A stretch of 64,000 nt of DNA, from positions 260,077 through 324,076 of the forward strand of contig JAUSDJ010000017.1 of the NCBI GenBank assembly GCA_030650795.1, in the 5' to 3' direction. Below, one piece after another: positions 54,844 through 64,000 of this stretch. The translations under genes and the position numbers were made by a program. Numbering within the stretch: position 1 is the first letter of the stretch; each line of letters begins with the position of its first letter. The notes under the pieces are model-generated. The model did not search any database, was not told the origin of the DNA, and saw only the letters and a list, made by a program, of their open reading frames with translations. The DNA comes from Actinomycetota bacterium. Lineage in GTDB: Bacteria > Actinomycetota > Actinomycetes > S36-B12.

Positions 54844-55613
54844 TTCGGAAGTGCTCCGCCGTAGCGACGATCTCGTGCGGCATAGATCTCGCAGGCATGC
54901 CACAGATGTCGGCGATCGAAATCGGGCCACAAGGTGTCCATGAACACCAGTTCGGCATATGCCGACTGCCAGAGCAAGAAGTTGCTCGTGCGCTGCTCCC
55001 CCGACGATCGAATGAACAGATCGACATCAGGCATATCGGGCTCGTCGAGATAGCGGTGGAACATTCGCTCGTCGATGCGCTCGGCATTCAATCGACCAGC
55101 TTGAACATCGCGAGCCATCGCTGCAGCTGCATCAGCAATTTCCGCTCGGCCCCCGTAGTTCACACACATCGTCAGCGTCAGCGTTGTGTTCTTGGCCGTC
55201 AGCCGCTCGGCTTCTTCCAACTCATTGATCACACTGCGCCACAACTTTGGTCGCCGTCCGGCCCATCGGATACGAACGCCCATCTCATTCATCTCATCAC
55301 GGCGACGACGAATGACATCGCGATTGAATCCCATCAGGAATCGCACCTCTTCAGGTGAGCGTTTCCAGTTCTCAGTTGAGAAGGCGTAGGCAGAGATCCA
55401 GCCGATGCCGAGCTCGAGTGCGCCATGCACGCAATCGAGCAGGCTGGCCTCGCCTTGTTCATGTCCCGCAGTTCGGGGCAGCCCGCGCTCCTTTGCCCAG
55501 CGCCCATTGCCGTCCATCACGACAGCAACATGACGGGGCACGAGATCAGATGGCAACTTCGGCGGCTTGACGCCGGCGCTATGCGGCGTTGGAAGGCGCA
55601 CCTGCTTCTTCAT
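54828..55613 (-). CDS. uppS: Isoprenyl (undecaprenyl/decaprenyl) diphosphate synthase
   Basis: The motifs [13 protein letters not shown] and FSTENW are present, with a C-terminal RDRRYGG. Confidence 0.9.
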   Translation of the reverse strand: MKKQVRLPTPHSAGVKPPKLPSDLVPRHVAVVMDGNGRWAKERGLPRTAGHEQGEASLLDCVHGALELGIGWISAYAFSTENWKRSPEEVRFLMGFNRDVIRRRRDEMNEMGVRIRWAGRRPKLWRSVINELEEAERLTAKNTTLTLTMCVNYGGRAEIADAAAAMARDVQAGRLNAERIDERMFHRYLDEPDMPDVDLFIRSSGEQRTSNFLLWQSAYAELVFMDTLWPDFDRRHLWHACEIYAARDRRYGGALPNQAPQ

Positions 55614-56359
55614 GAACCAAGCTTTCGATCGTCACGGTCGACAAAAGGCAGCGAACGCAATCCCCGCTCCAAGTGCCATTGCAAAAAGGCTGCCACCAGC
55701 CCGCTGGCTTCCCTACGCTCGCGCACCTCACTGGCATCGGCAAGCTCCCAGTCGCCACTGAGCAGGGCAGCGAGCAAGGCGATGGCGGCGATCGATGGAG
55801 TTGCCGAACCTGGTGGGCGGCAATCGCCACACACCATGCCGCCACCTTGGACTGAGAAGGCCCGATGCGGGCCGGCTGTACCACAGCGCGCGCACTCATC
55901 GAAAGAAGGCGACCAACCAGCGATGGATAAGGACCTCAAGAGATAGGAATCCAAGATGAGCGGTGAATCGTGACCGCCGCCGACCAGTGATCGCAATCCA
56001 CTCAAGAGCAGGACGTACTGCTGCACGGCGGGCTCGCGCTCAACTGGAGTCAGACGCTCGGCTGTCTCGACCATCGCCATTGCTGTAGTCCAACGTCCGT
56101 AGTCACCTGAGAGTTGCGCTCCGTGCGAGTCGATGGTCTCAACCTGCGTGACGTTGTCCAGGTTCTTTCCCTCGTAGAGCTGCACATCGACATGACTGAA
56201 CGGCTCAAGGCGAGCCCCAATGCGACTGGATGTCTTGCGAACCCCGCGAGCCACTGCTCGGACTCGACCATGCCTGCGAGTCAAGAGAGTCACGATGCGA
56301 TCGGCCTCGCCCAATTTGTGGGTCCGCAGCACGATGGCTTCGTCACGATAAAGCGGCAC
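55610..56359 (-). CDS. recO: DNA repair protein RecO
   Basis: The product begins [27 protein letters not shown] and has the zinc motif CARCG...CGDC. Confidence 0.9.
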   Translation of the reverse strand: MPLYRDEAIVLRTHKLGEADRIVTLLTRRHGRVRAVARGVRKTSSRIGARLEPFSHVDVQLYEGKNLDNVTQVETIDSHGAQLSGDYGRWTTAMAMVETAERLTPVEREPAVQQYVLLLSGLRSLVGGGHDSPLILDSYLLRSLSIAGWSPSFDECARCGTAGPHRAFSVQGGGMVCGDCRPPGSATPSIAAIALLAALLSGDWELADASEVRERREASGLVAAFLQWHLERGLRSLPFVDRDDRKLGS

Positions 56360-56423
56360 AGGACATTGTCATCTTCACTCGGGGTTCCGGCCAACTGCCA
56401 CGCCTGTCAGAGGCGTGAAAGGG

Positions 56424-57338
56424 CTAGAAACCAAGGCGGCGCAGCTGCTTGGGATCGCGCTGCCAATCCTTGGCGATCTTCACTCGAATATCCAAATAGA
56501 CCGGCGTGCCAACCAAATGCTCGATGTTCTGGCGAGCCTTGGTGCCCACCGCTTTCAAGCGCGAGCCGCCCTTGCCGATGATGATCGACTTCTGGCTGTC
56601 ACGTTCAACGAAGAGGTTCGCGTGGATGTCGGTCAACGGACGATCTGCAGATCGTCCCGCTCGCAGGCCCATCTCTTCGATGGTCACAGCGATCGAATGT
56701 GGGAGTTCGTCGCTCACGCCTTCCAGTGCGGCTTCGCGGATGAGCTCGGCGACTGCGATCTCCAAAGGCTCATCAGTGACCTCTCCATCGACATAGAGCA
56801 GTGGACCTTCAGGCATCAGGTCGATGAATTCCGCCACAAGAGCATCGATGTTCTCGCCGTTGTTGGCCGAGACCGGCACGATCGCTGCCCATTGAGTGCC
56901 AAGTTGCTCAGCCAGCAATTGAGCATCGAGCAAACGCTCAGCAAGCGCCTCACGCGAGACTTTGTCGGACTTGGTGATGATGGCAATGATGGGAATTCGG
57001 CCGAGCTCGACGATCTGCTTGGCGATGTAGCGGTCGCCTGGCCCGATCAATTGATCGGCCGGAAGACAAAGGCCGATTGCGTCGACTGTGGTCCAGGTTT
57101 CGCGGACCTGATCGTTGAGGCGTTCTCCAAGGAGAGTGCGTGGACGGTGCAAGCCCGGGGTGTCGACGAGGATGAGTTGGGATTCTTCGCTTGTAAGGAT
57201 TCCTCGAATGAGTCGCCGGGTGGTCTGCGGCTTCGATGAGGTGATGGCGATCTTCTGCCCAACCAAGCGGTTCGTCAGCGTTGACTTCCCAGCATTGGGG
57301 CGTCCGACGATGGAGACGAAACCACTGCGAAAGGCCAT
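56424..57338 (-). CDS. era: GTPase Era
   Basis: G1 is GRPNAGKSTL and G3 is DTPG, with TKSD and a C-terminal KH domain (VKIAKDWQRD). Confidence 0.95.
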   Translation of the reverse strand: MAFRSGFVSIVGRPNAGKSTLTNRLVGQKIAITSSKPQTTRRLIRGILTSEESQLILVDTPGLHRPRTLLGERLNDQVRETWTTVDAIGLCLPADQLIGPGDRYIAKQIVELGRIPIIAIITKSDKVSREALAERLLDAQLLAEQLGTQWAAIVPVSANNGENIDALVAEFIDLMPEGPLLYVDGEVTDEPLEIAVAELIREAALEGVSDELPHSIAVTIEEMGLRAGRSADRPLTDIHANLFVERDSQKSIIIGKGGSRLKAVGTKARQNIEHLVGTPVYLDIRVKIAKDWQRDPKQLRRLGF

Positions 57339-57667
57339 CAGGACGCTATCCGCGACTGCACGGAGCCGTTCGCAGCACAGATCAGGATTGTGACACCCGA
57401 CCCACCAAGATCGCGCACACTTGTGTGTTCAATCTCAGAGCCGCCGACCACAACTGCACACTCAAGACCCGTCGCACCGGCGGCCACTGCCTGCGCAACG
57501 GCGAGCTCCAAACTGCTCAGATGCAAACTCGGCAATTCGACTGTTGCCCCTGCATAGGTTCTGCCGAGTTCATCGCGCACAGCAGCCCCCTGACTAGCAC
57601 CGATGCGAGCACGTGCCCCGCGCGCCAAAGTGACGAGCTTGGCGTCTTCAGGGTTCAGTTCATCCAT
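57338..57667 (-). CDS. Small conserved protein between the CBS-domain gene and era (cytidine-deaminase-like fold suggested)
   Basis: 109-aa ORF in a position conserved in actinobacterial era operons. No zinc-binding motif is seen. Confidence 0.4.
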   Translation of the reverse strand: MDELNPEDAKLVTLARGARARIGASQGAAVRDELGRTYAGATVELPSLHLSSLELAVAQAVAAGATGLECAVVVGGSEIEHTSVRDLGGSGVTILICAANGSVQSRIAS

Positions 57668-58973
57668 CGGTCTGAGCCTTCACTTGATCCTCTGCGAATA
57701 TGCGCTCCACGCGAATAGCGTTGATTCGGTTGCGGCGCCCACCGCTGCTCTCGGCAGTCAACACATAGCCATCTTCAATGATTGCCGCTCCAGGAATCGG
57801 CACGCGACCCAGTCGCTTGGCCAGAAGCCCGAGCACTGTGTCCACGCCTTCTTCTTCAGCGTCGATCTTGATGCCGAGAAGCTCAGCCACATCCTCAACG
57901 TGCATGCGCGAACTCACGCGATAGCCACCATCGCCCAGCTCGGTCACCTCAGGCATCTCAGTGTCATATTCATCAGCGATCTCACCGACGATCTCCTCGA
58001 GCACATCTTCGATAGTGACCAAGCCGGCCGTACCGCCGTATTCATCAACCACGATGGCCAGGTGAACGCGCGCGGCCTGCATATCGCGCAGAAGCTCATC
58101 GACCGGCTTGCTGTCGGGCACGAAGAAGGTCTTGCGCATCAGCGACTCAACGAGTTCATCCTCCTCGGCCTGACGATCATCGAAGACTCGTCGCACGAGG
58201 TCCTTCAGATACACCACGCCGACAATGTCATCAGCGCCTTCACCGATGACCGGGATCCGACTGAATCCGGATCGCAGGCCAAGAGACAGTGCCTGCCGCA
58301 AGGATTTCTGGCGCTCGACAACGACCATCTCGGTGCGCGGAACCATGACCTCTCGCGCGCGCGTATCGCCAAGTTCAAAGACCGAGTGAATCATCTGACG
58401 CTCGTCGTCCTCGATGAGGCTGTCGGCTTCAGCGAGGTCAACCAACTCGCGCAATTCAGCTTGTGACGCAAACGGACCTTCGCGATAGCCCTTGCCGGGA
58501 GTCAACGCATTGCCGATCACAATCAACAATGAGGTGATCGGCCCAAGGATCGTGGCCATTGTGCGCACCAACCCTGCGCTCGACATCGCAATGCGATCAG
58601 CGTGCTGGCGCCCAAGGGTACGCGGCGCAACGCCGAGAGCAACGTATGAGACGACGACCATGACCCCGACTGCGAGCAATAAGGCGCCGCCGTATGACCA
58701 GTCGTGCCCAATGGCAAGGGTGTCAACGCAGACATACCCAACGATGACTGTCGCGCCAACGGTGGCAACGGTAGACAAGAAGAGCAGGACGTTCACGTAG
58801 CGAGCACGATCCTCGAGCAGGATCAACAGTCGGTCGGCTGACTTCTGCTTTTCTCGTCGGAGTTCCTCGATCCGAGATCGCGAGACCCGACCAATGGCCG
58901 TTTCGGCACTGACGAGCAGACCTGCGAGCACCACAAGAACCACTGCGATGGCGAGCAGCCAGGCGCTAGCCAC
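57660..58973 (-). CDS. Hemolysin/CorC-family protein (DUF21 TM domain + CBS pair + CorC_HlyC)
   Basis: 437-aa ORF with N-terminal TM helices, a CBS region (AREVMVPRTEMV...RIPVIGE) and a C-terminal transporter-associated domain. Confidence 0.85.
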   Translation of the reverse strand: MASAWLLAIAVVLVVLAGLLVSAETAIGRVSRSRIEELRREKQKSADRLLILLEDRARYVNVLLFLSTVATVGATVIVGYVCVDTLAIGHDWSYGGALLLAVGVMVVVSYVALGVAPRTLGRQHADRIAMSSAGLVRTMATILGPITSLLIVIGNALTPGKGYREGPFASQAELRELVDLAEADSLIEDDERQMIHSVFELGDTRAREVMVPRTEMVVVERQKSLRQALSLGLRSGFSRIPVIGEGADDIVGVVYLKDLVRRVFDDRQAEEDELVESLMRKTFFVPDSKPVDELLRDMQAARVHLAIVVDEYGGTAGLVTIEDVLEEIVGEIADEYDTEMPEVTELGDGGYRVSSRMHVEDVAELLGIKIDAEEEGVDTVLGLLAKRLGRVPIPGAAIIEDGYVLTAESSGGRRNRINAIRVERIFAEDQVKAQTDG

Positions 58974-59433
58974 GTTCTCCCCCTACTACGCCGCGTGCGC
59001 CCTGCCACTGCACCAGCAGTTCATCCTGAAATGCGAACATCACGTCGTACTCATCCTCTGTTGCATGGTCGTAGCCGATGAGATGCAGCATCCCATGAAC
59101 CAGAAGGAACTCCAGCCGCTGCGACAGGGACATCCCCGGGCGCTGGGTGTCATATTCAACAAACTCCGGACAGATCACGATGTCGCCGAGCATCCCGGGT
59201 TGGGGATCCATTGATGGCCGCAGCTCATCCATCGGGAAGGACAGGATGTCGGTAGCACCCGGCTCCTGCATCCATTCAAGATGCAGTTCCTCCATATCGG
59301 CCGTACTGATCAGAGTGATCGCCAACTCAGTTTCCGGGTGCAATTGCAAGGCGCCGAAAAGGAACTCAGCCTCAGCCTTCAGTCCTTCCAGATCAACTTG
59401 GTAATTCGTCTCGTTCTCGCAAGTCAGCGTCAT
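58966..59433 (-). CDS. ybeY: rRNA maturation endoribonuclease YbeY
   Basis: The metal-binding motif is HGMLHLIGYDH. Confidence 0.9.
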   Translation of the reverse strand: MTLTCENETNYQVDLEGLKAEAEFLFGALQLHPETELAITLISTADMEELHLEWMQEPGATDILSFPMDELRPSMDPQPGMLGDIVICPEFVEYDTQRPGMSLSQRLEFLLVHGMLHLIGYDHATEDEYDVMFAFQDELLVQWQGARGVVGGERG

Positions 59434-60410
59434 ACTTCGCGCTGCGCCTCATAACGCGCATAGGCCTCAACAATGCGTCCAACGAGTTTGTGACGCACCA
59501 CATCGCCGGAAGTCAACTGACAAAAAGCCACGTCATCGATCTCGTCGAGGATGTCGCCGACGACGCGCAGGCCGCTCGTAGTGCCGCCGGGCAGATCAAC
59601 CTGGGTCACGTCACCGGTGATCACCATCGTCGAGCCAAAGCCAAGACGGGTGAGGAACATCTTCATCTGTTCGGCCGAGGTGTTCTGCGCCTCATCAAGA
59701 ATGATGAATGCGTCGTTCAGGGTGCGGCCACGCATGTACGCAAGCGGTGCGACTTCGATTGTGCCGCTGGTCATCAGTCGCGGGATCGACTCGGGATCGA
59801 TCATGTCGTGCAGCGCGTCGTAGAGCGGACGCAAATATGGGTCGATCTTCTCCGACAGGGTTCCGGGCAGGAAACCAAGGCGCTCACCAGCTTCAACGGC
59901 AGGGCGAGTCAGGATGATGCGTGACACCCTCTTTGCCTGGAGGGCCTGCACGCCTTTTGCCACAGCGAGGTACGTCTTGCCGGTACCTGCCGGGCCGATG
60001 CCGAACACGACGGTGTTGTTGTCGATGGCGTCCACATAGCGCTTCTGATTGAGAGTCTTGGCCCGAATCGTGCGCCCGCGATTGCTCAGGATATTTGCCG
60101 TCAGCACCTCAGTGGGGCGAGTGCCACTGCGAAGAAGAGTGATGCTGCGATCCACTGACTCTTGGGTCAGCAACTGCCCCGTGCGCAGCACAGCGAGCAT
60201 CTCGCCGATGAGTGTCTCTGCGATTCCAACCTCTTCAGGTGCACCGGTCAACTGAATTTCATTGCCGCGCACAAGTATCACCACGGCTGGAAAGGCCGCC
60301 TCTATCAATCGAATGTGCGCATCGCTGACGCCCAGGAGCGCAACCATCGGCTGTGAAGCAGGAACAGTGATGCGCGCCTCTGCGCGCGACTCAGAAGGCA
60401 GGATGCTCAT
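59430..60410 (-). CDS. phoH: PhoH-like ATPase
   Basis: Walker A GPAGTGKTYLAVA and Walker B FIILDEAQN are present. The start is chosen at MSILPSE; the ORF is open to 60857 but overlaps the HIT gene in another frame. Confidence 0.85.
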   Translation of the reverse strand: MSILPSESRAEARITVPASQPMVALLGVSDAHIRLIEAAFPAVVILVRGNEIQLTGAPEEVGIAETLIGEMLAVLRTGQLLTQESVDRSITLLRSGTRPTEVLTANILSNRGRTIRAKTLNQKRYVDAIDNNTVVFGIGPAGTGKTYLAVAKGVQALQAKRVSRIILTRPAVEAGERLGFLPGTLSEKIDPYLRPLYDALHDMIDPESIPRLMTSGTIEVAPLAYMRGRTLNDAFIILDEAQNTSAEQMKMFLTRLGFGSTMVITGDVTQVDLPGGTTSGLRVVGDILDEIDDVAFCQLTSGDVVRHKLVGRIVEAYARYEAQREV

Positions 60411-60414
60411 GCAG

Positions 60415-60756
60415 TTATCCCGGTGGCCATGTGAATTCCCTTCCGCCCAAAACGTGTCCGTGCACATGCAATACCGACTGGCCAACAGCCGCGCCTGTGT
60501 TGAACACCAAGCGATAGGCCTCCCCCACCCCTGCGTTAGCCGCAACGGTCGCCGCAGCACCAATGAGGCTCGCGGTGAGCTCTGGTGCCGCAGCGGAGAG
60601 CTCTTGAACATTGGCGTAGTGAGCAATCGGCACCACGAGCAAGTGCACAGGCGCCTGCGGGCTGATATCGCGAAAGGCGACAACATCCTCCGTGCGCAGC
60701 ACAACATCAGCAGGGATCTCCCCAGCGACGATGCTGCAAAACAGGCAATCAGACAT
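60415..60756 (-). CDS. HIT-family (histidine triad) protein
   Basis: The N-terminus has CLFCSIVAGEIP and the triad is HVHGHVLGG. Confidence 0.85.
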   Translation of the reverse strand: MSDCLFCSIVAGEIPADVVLRTEDVVAFRDISPQAPVHLLVVPIAHYANVQELSAAAPELTASLIGAAATVAANAGVGEAYRLVFNTGAAVGQSVLHVHGHVLGGREFTWPPG

Positions 60757-60759
60757 AGT

Positions 60760-61521
60760 TCATCCTCCCACGCCAGGCGCGGGTGGCGCTGCCCAGCGAA
60801 GCCGGGCTGCCAGGACGCTGATCGCCACCGTCCCAGCCAGCGAGGTACGCAGCACATCGGGGCCTAGCAAGACGGGAATAGCGCCCTGCGCAGAGAACAA
60901 CGTCAACTCCTCGGGCGAGATCCCGCCTTCCGCCCCCACAATCAGGCAGATGTGGCCAGAAGTCGGCAAGTCTGCTGAGGCGAGCGGGATCGTTGCTGCC
61001 TCGTGCAGGAGAAAGACAGCATCAAAGTCAGCGAGCAGCGCCACGACTTCTTGGGTGGAAAGCGCTGCACTGATAACCGGAAGGCGCGAACGACGCGACT
61101 GCTTTGCGGCAGCACGCGCTGCTTGTTGCCATTTGATCAGGGCTTTGTCAGCGCGATCCCCTTTGAGTTGAACGATCGAGCGCTGAGCGGCCCAGGGAAT
61201 GATGCGATCAACTCCCACTTGAGTCATCAAATCGATCGCCAGTTCACCGTGCTCACCTTTGGCCAATGCCTGAACAACAGTTATGGACGGATCCAGCGCC
61301 GGTTCGTCGCTGATGCTCTCGATGACAACGGACGCAGCACTGTTCTGTACTTCCAGCCTGCCTATGGCTTTGCGTCCGAGTCCATCGGCGAGCAACACAT
61401 GTTCGCCCGAAGTCATGCGCAAAGCGGCGATCGCATGGCGCGCCTCTTGGGGCGACAATTGAACGACCGCGCCAATCTCGGCCGCACTCACGGCCTCGCA
61501 CAGCAATAACTGCATCGTCAC
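60760..61521 (-). CDS. rsmE: 16S rRNA (uracil1498-N3)-methyltransferase
   Basis: 253-aa ORF located between dnaJ and the HIT/phoH genes. The C-terminal [22 protein letters not shown] is the SPOUT knot motif. Confidence 0.8.
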   Translation of the reverse strand: MTMQLLLCEAVSAAEIGAVVQLSPQEARHAIAALRMTSGEHVLLADGLGRKAIGRLEVQNSAASVVIESISDEPALDPSITVVQALAKGEHGELAIDLMTQVGVDRIIPWAAQRSIVQLKGDRADKALIKWQQAARAAAKQSRRSRLPVISAALSTQEVVALLADFDAVFLLHEAATIPLASADLPTSGHICLIVGAEGGISPEELTLFSAQGAIPVLLGPDVLRTSLAGTVAISVLAARLRWAAPPAPGVGG

Positions 61522-62675
61522 TTCTGAGTGAACGCATCCTTGAGTCGAGTGAACAATCCGGAGTTGGCCTCCGCTGATGGGTGCGATACACGCACGGCTT
61601 CTTCTTCGCGCAATTGCGCGAGTTGCTGAAGAAGGATGCGTTGCTCTTCATCAAGATCCGTGGGCACACGCACATCGAGATGCACATGCAGATCGCCACG
61701 CTGGCCACCACGGAGTCGGGCCGCCCCCTTGCCACGAAGAATGAGTTCCTCACCGGATTGGGTCCCGGCACGGACATCAAGGAGTTCATCGCCATCAAGG
61801 GTTTCCAGGCTGATGCTTGTTCCCAGCGCAGCCGATGTCATTGGCACCGCGACCCGGCAATGCAGTTCGTCACCGTGACGTTCAAAGACAGGGTGCGCAG
61901 CTTGAACGATCTCGACATAGAGATCACCGGCAGGCCCGCCATTGGGTCCAACCTCCCCCTCGCCCGTGAGTTGAATGCGAGTGCCAGTGTCGACACCTGG
62001 CGGAATCTGGATCGTCATCGTGCGACGGGTCCGCACTCGACCATCACCGGAGCACTCGTGGCAAGGATGCGGAATGGTCGTACCAAAACCTTGGCACTGC
62101 GGGCAAGGACGTGAAGTCATCACTTGCCCAAGGAACGAGCGTTGCATCTGCTGCAACTCGCCACGACCCTTGCACATCACACACACCACTGGCTGGCTGT
62201 CGCCATCGAGACCGGTGCTGTTGCACGATCCACAGCGACTGGCGGTGTCGACGGTGATGTCGCGGGTGTCGCCGAAGACCGCAGTGTTCAAGTCGATTTG
62301 CAAGCGGATGAGCGCATCTTGTCCACGACGAGCCCGCGTGCGTGGCCCGCGTTGCCCAGACCCGCCACCACCAAAGAAGGCATCCATGATGTCGCCGAAG
62401 TCGAATCCACCTTGGAATCCACCAGCGCCGGAGCCGCCTTGTCGCGGATCGCCCCCCGCGTCATACATCTGACGCTTCTCTGGATCGCTGAGCACCTCGT
62501 AGGCAGCAGTCACGTTCTTGAAACGATCCTGCGCATGTGGATCAGGATTGACATCAGGGTGAAGCTCGCGCGCAAGTTTGCGGTAGGACTTCTTGATCTC
62601 CTCCGGGCTCGCAGTTCGTTCAACGCCAAGCAGTGCGTAGAAATCGGTGCTCACTGCAGACTCACTGCTCCTCAA
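61518..62675 (-). CDS. dnaJ: Chaperone DnaJ
   Basis: The J-domain has DFYALLGV...HPD, followed by a G/F-rich linker and four CxxCxG zinc motifs. Confidence 0.95.
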   Translation of the reverse strand: MRSSESAVSTDFYALLGVERTASPEEIKKSYRKLARELHPDVNPDPHAQDRFKNVTAAYEVLSDPEKRQMYDAGGDPRQGGSGAGGFQGGFDFGDIMDAFFGGGGSGQRGPRTRARRGQDALIRLQIDLNTAVFGDTRDITVDTASRCGSCNSTGLDGDSQPVVCVMCKGRGELQQMQRSFLGQVMTSRPCPQCQGFGTTIPHPCHECSGDGRVRTRRTMTIQIPPGVDTGTRIQLTGEGEVGPNGGPAGDLYVEIVQAAHPVFERHGDELHCRVAVPMTSAALGTSISLETLDGDELLDVRAGTQSGEELILRGKGAARLRGGQRGDLHVHLDVRVPTDLDEEQRILLQQLAQLREEEAVRVSHPSAEANSGLFTRLKDAFTQK

Positions 62676-63678
62676 GTATTCGAGTTACGTATTGCGCGAC
62701 CGCATTGACCGAGCGGATGGCCCCGGCGTAGTCCATATGGGTTGGGCCAACGACACCCAAGGAGGCAAGCCCCTGTCCGTGTCGGCCATAGCGAGTGGTG
62801 ACAAGGGAGGTCGACTGGAGACCCTCGACATCGGTTTCTTGGCCGATGCGAACGGTGACCCCACTAGTCGTGGCCTCGCCCATCAAGCGCATCAGCACGA
62901 CTTGCTCCTCCAAGGCTTCGAGCACTGGCTGAATGTCGATCGGAAAGGCCTCGCCGTACCTGGCCAGGTGGGCGGTGCCGCCGAGCACGATGCGCTCATC
63001 AACCGTCTCCATTGCAGCATCCAAGAGCGTGGCCGTGATCGATGTTGCTGCAGGGCGCAGCGCCGGTTCGCAGTTCTCCGTGAATTGCTCAAGCAGCGTG
63101 GCCAAGGCAGAGAAAGGCTGTCCCATCACAACAGTGAGAAGACGAGCGCGGAGTTCGCCAATCAACTGCTCACTGATCGGCTCATTGATTTCGATCGTGC
63201 GTTGCTCAATACGGCCGGTGTCCGCAATCAAGATCAGCAGCAATCGCGTTGTGCTGATGGCTATGAGTTCGATATGTCGAACGGAACTGCGCGTCAGTGA
63301 TGGGTACTGCACCAGAGCCACCTGCCGGGTGACTTGAGCAAGCAGGCGCACGGTGCGGACCATCACGTCGTCAAGATCGACCGCGCCTGACAGGAACTGC
63401 TCAATTGCTCTGCGCTCTCCTGCTGATAGCGGCTTGACGGCCGAGAGCCGATCAACAAAGAGCCGATATCCAAGATCGGTTGGGATTCGGCCGGCACTGG
63501 TGTGCGGCTGGGCAATGTATCCCTCGTCTTCAAGGGCGGCCATGTCATTGCGGATCGTGGCTGGAGAGACGCCGAGACTGTGCCGCTCGACTAGAGCTTT
63601 GGAACCCACAGGCTCGTGAGTGGACACGTAGTCCTCGACGATGGCACGCAAGACAGCCAAACGGCGGTCTTCGAGCAT
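62662..63678 (-). CDS. hrcA: Heat-inducible transcription repressor HrcA
   Basis: The product begins [29 protein letters not shown]. The ATG at 63678 has GGAGG 5 nt upstream (the ORF track starts at GTG 63684), and a CIRCE element lies upstream. Confidence 0.95.
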   Translation of the reverse strand: MLEDRRLAVLRAIVEDYVSTHEPVGSKALVERHSLGVSPATIRNDMAALEDEGYIAQPHTSAGRIPTDLGYRLFVDRLSAVKPLSAGERRAIEQFLSGAVDLDDVMVRTVRLLAQVTRQVALVQYPSLTRSSVRHIELIAISTTRLLLILIADTGRIEQRTIEINEPISEQLIGELRARLLTVVMGQPFSALATLLEQFTENCEPALRPAATSITATLLDAAMETVDERIVLGGTAHLARYGEAFPIDIQPVLEALEEQVVLMRLMGEATTSGVTVRIGQETDVEGLQSTSLVTTRYGRHGQGLASLGVVGPTHMDYAGAIRSVNAVAQYVTRILEEQ

Positions 63679-63693
63679 GCTCACCTCCAGGCC

Positions 63694-63720
63694 TTAGCAC
63701 TCGCAATTCTTGAGTGCCAA
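63694..63720. promoter_or_regulatory. CIRCE operator (HrcA binding site)
   Basis: TTAGCACTC-GCAATTCTT-GAGTGCCAA has one mismatch to the consensus TTAGCACTC-N9-GAGTGCTAA. Confidence 0.9.
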
Positions 63721-63793
63721 GTGTACGCGCGCTGAGAGCGTGAGGAAGATGGTGCAGTCGTAGGCCTACGCAGAACAAAAGGAGCAGCCAAAG

Positions 63794-64000
63794 ATGAGTG
63801 CACGACGACCCCACCGACCTCTGGCACTGCTCCTTGGTGCGCTCGCCATAGTTCTGGCGGCAGGACTGCTGCCCGCACCGGCACAAGCCTCTATCGCCCC
63901 TTGGGTCGACCAGATCGGAACCTACGACTCCCTCATCTCACCGAACTACTCCGGGCTTGTCCCGGTGAAGTCGTTCATCAATGATCAGAACATCGGGATC
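63794..64000 (+). CDS. Secreted hypothetical protein (5' part only; runs off the window)
   Basis: An ATG at 63794 opens a frame that continues to the window end. The signal peptide is MSARRPHRPLALLLGALAIVLAAGLLPAPAQA. Confidence 0.5.
   Translation, partial: MSARRPHRPLALLLGALAIVLAAGLLPAPAQASIAPWVDQIGTYDSLISPNYSGLVPVKSFINDQNIGI

Noticed and set aside
42347-60857. Long N-terminal extensions of dgt (to 43648), dus (to 48493), glyQS (to 50784), phoH (to 60857) and the metal-ABC ATPase and Fur-like genes
   Set aside because: The extensions are Arg/Cys/Ser-rich and overlap neighbouring genes. Family alignments as I know them begin at the internal Met chosen here, and several of those starts show start/stop coupling.
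1-64000. Search for CRISPR arrays, rRNA genes, IS elements or transposases, retron/RT genes and a second copy of the tRNA-Met 3' end
   Set aside because: None was seen by eye. No ORF carries DDE, HUH-transposase, reverse-transcriptase or Cas signatures. A computational repeat search is still needed to exclude a short att direct repeat.

Overview
High-GC actinobacterial-type chromosome segment in two parts. (1) Positions 1-34245 are the right-hand part of an integrated mobile genomic island that abuts the 3' end of a tRNA-Met(CAT) gene; its left end lies outside the window. It carries a MOBF-type relaxase/helicase, a DUF4192 + ArdC-like anti-restriction module, two excisionase-type HTH genes, an AbiEi/AbiEii toxin-antitoxin pair and a complete six-gene type 1 BREX system (brxA-brxB-brxC-pglX-pglZ-brxL, minus strand, 11482-24296). 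No integrase, coupling protein or T4SS gene is visible in the window. (2) Positions 34246-64000 are ordinary conserved core genome: tRNA-Met, tRNA-Asn, dnaG, dgt, ppdK, dus, glyQS, a Zur-type metal ABC operon, uppS, recO, era, ybeY, phoH, rsmE, dnaJ and hrcA with its CIRCE operator. The best candidate for an undescribed system is the leftmost cluster (6-6298, plus strand): a 275-aa ORF with a PD-(D/E)xK-like motif, a 1365-aa protein with an N-terminal Cap4/DUF4297-like nuclease fused to a STAND-type P-loop NTPase, and a ~262-aa protein whose predicted N-terminus reads like a proteasome/HslV/Anbu-type (T1) Ntn hydrolase with Thr1/Asp17/Lys34. Other notable points are a BrxL whose C-terminus looks like a MITD1-type PLD-like domain, a ~35-40 bp intergenic motif present three times upstream of plus-strand island operons, and four copies of an 11-mer next to the tRNA junction. 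All functional calls come from motif recognition by eye and none is confirmed by a database search.
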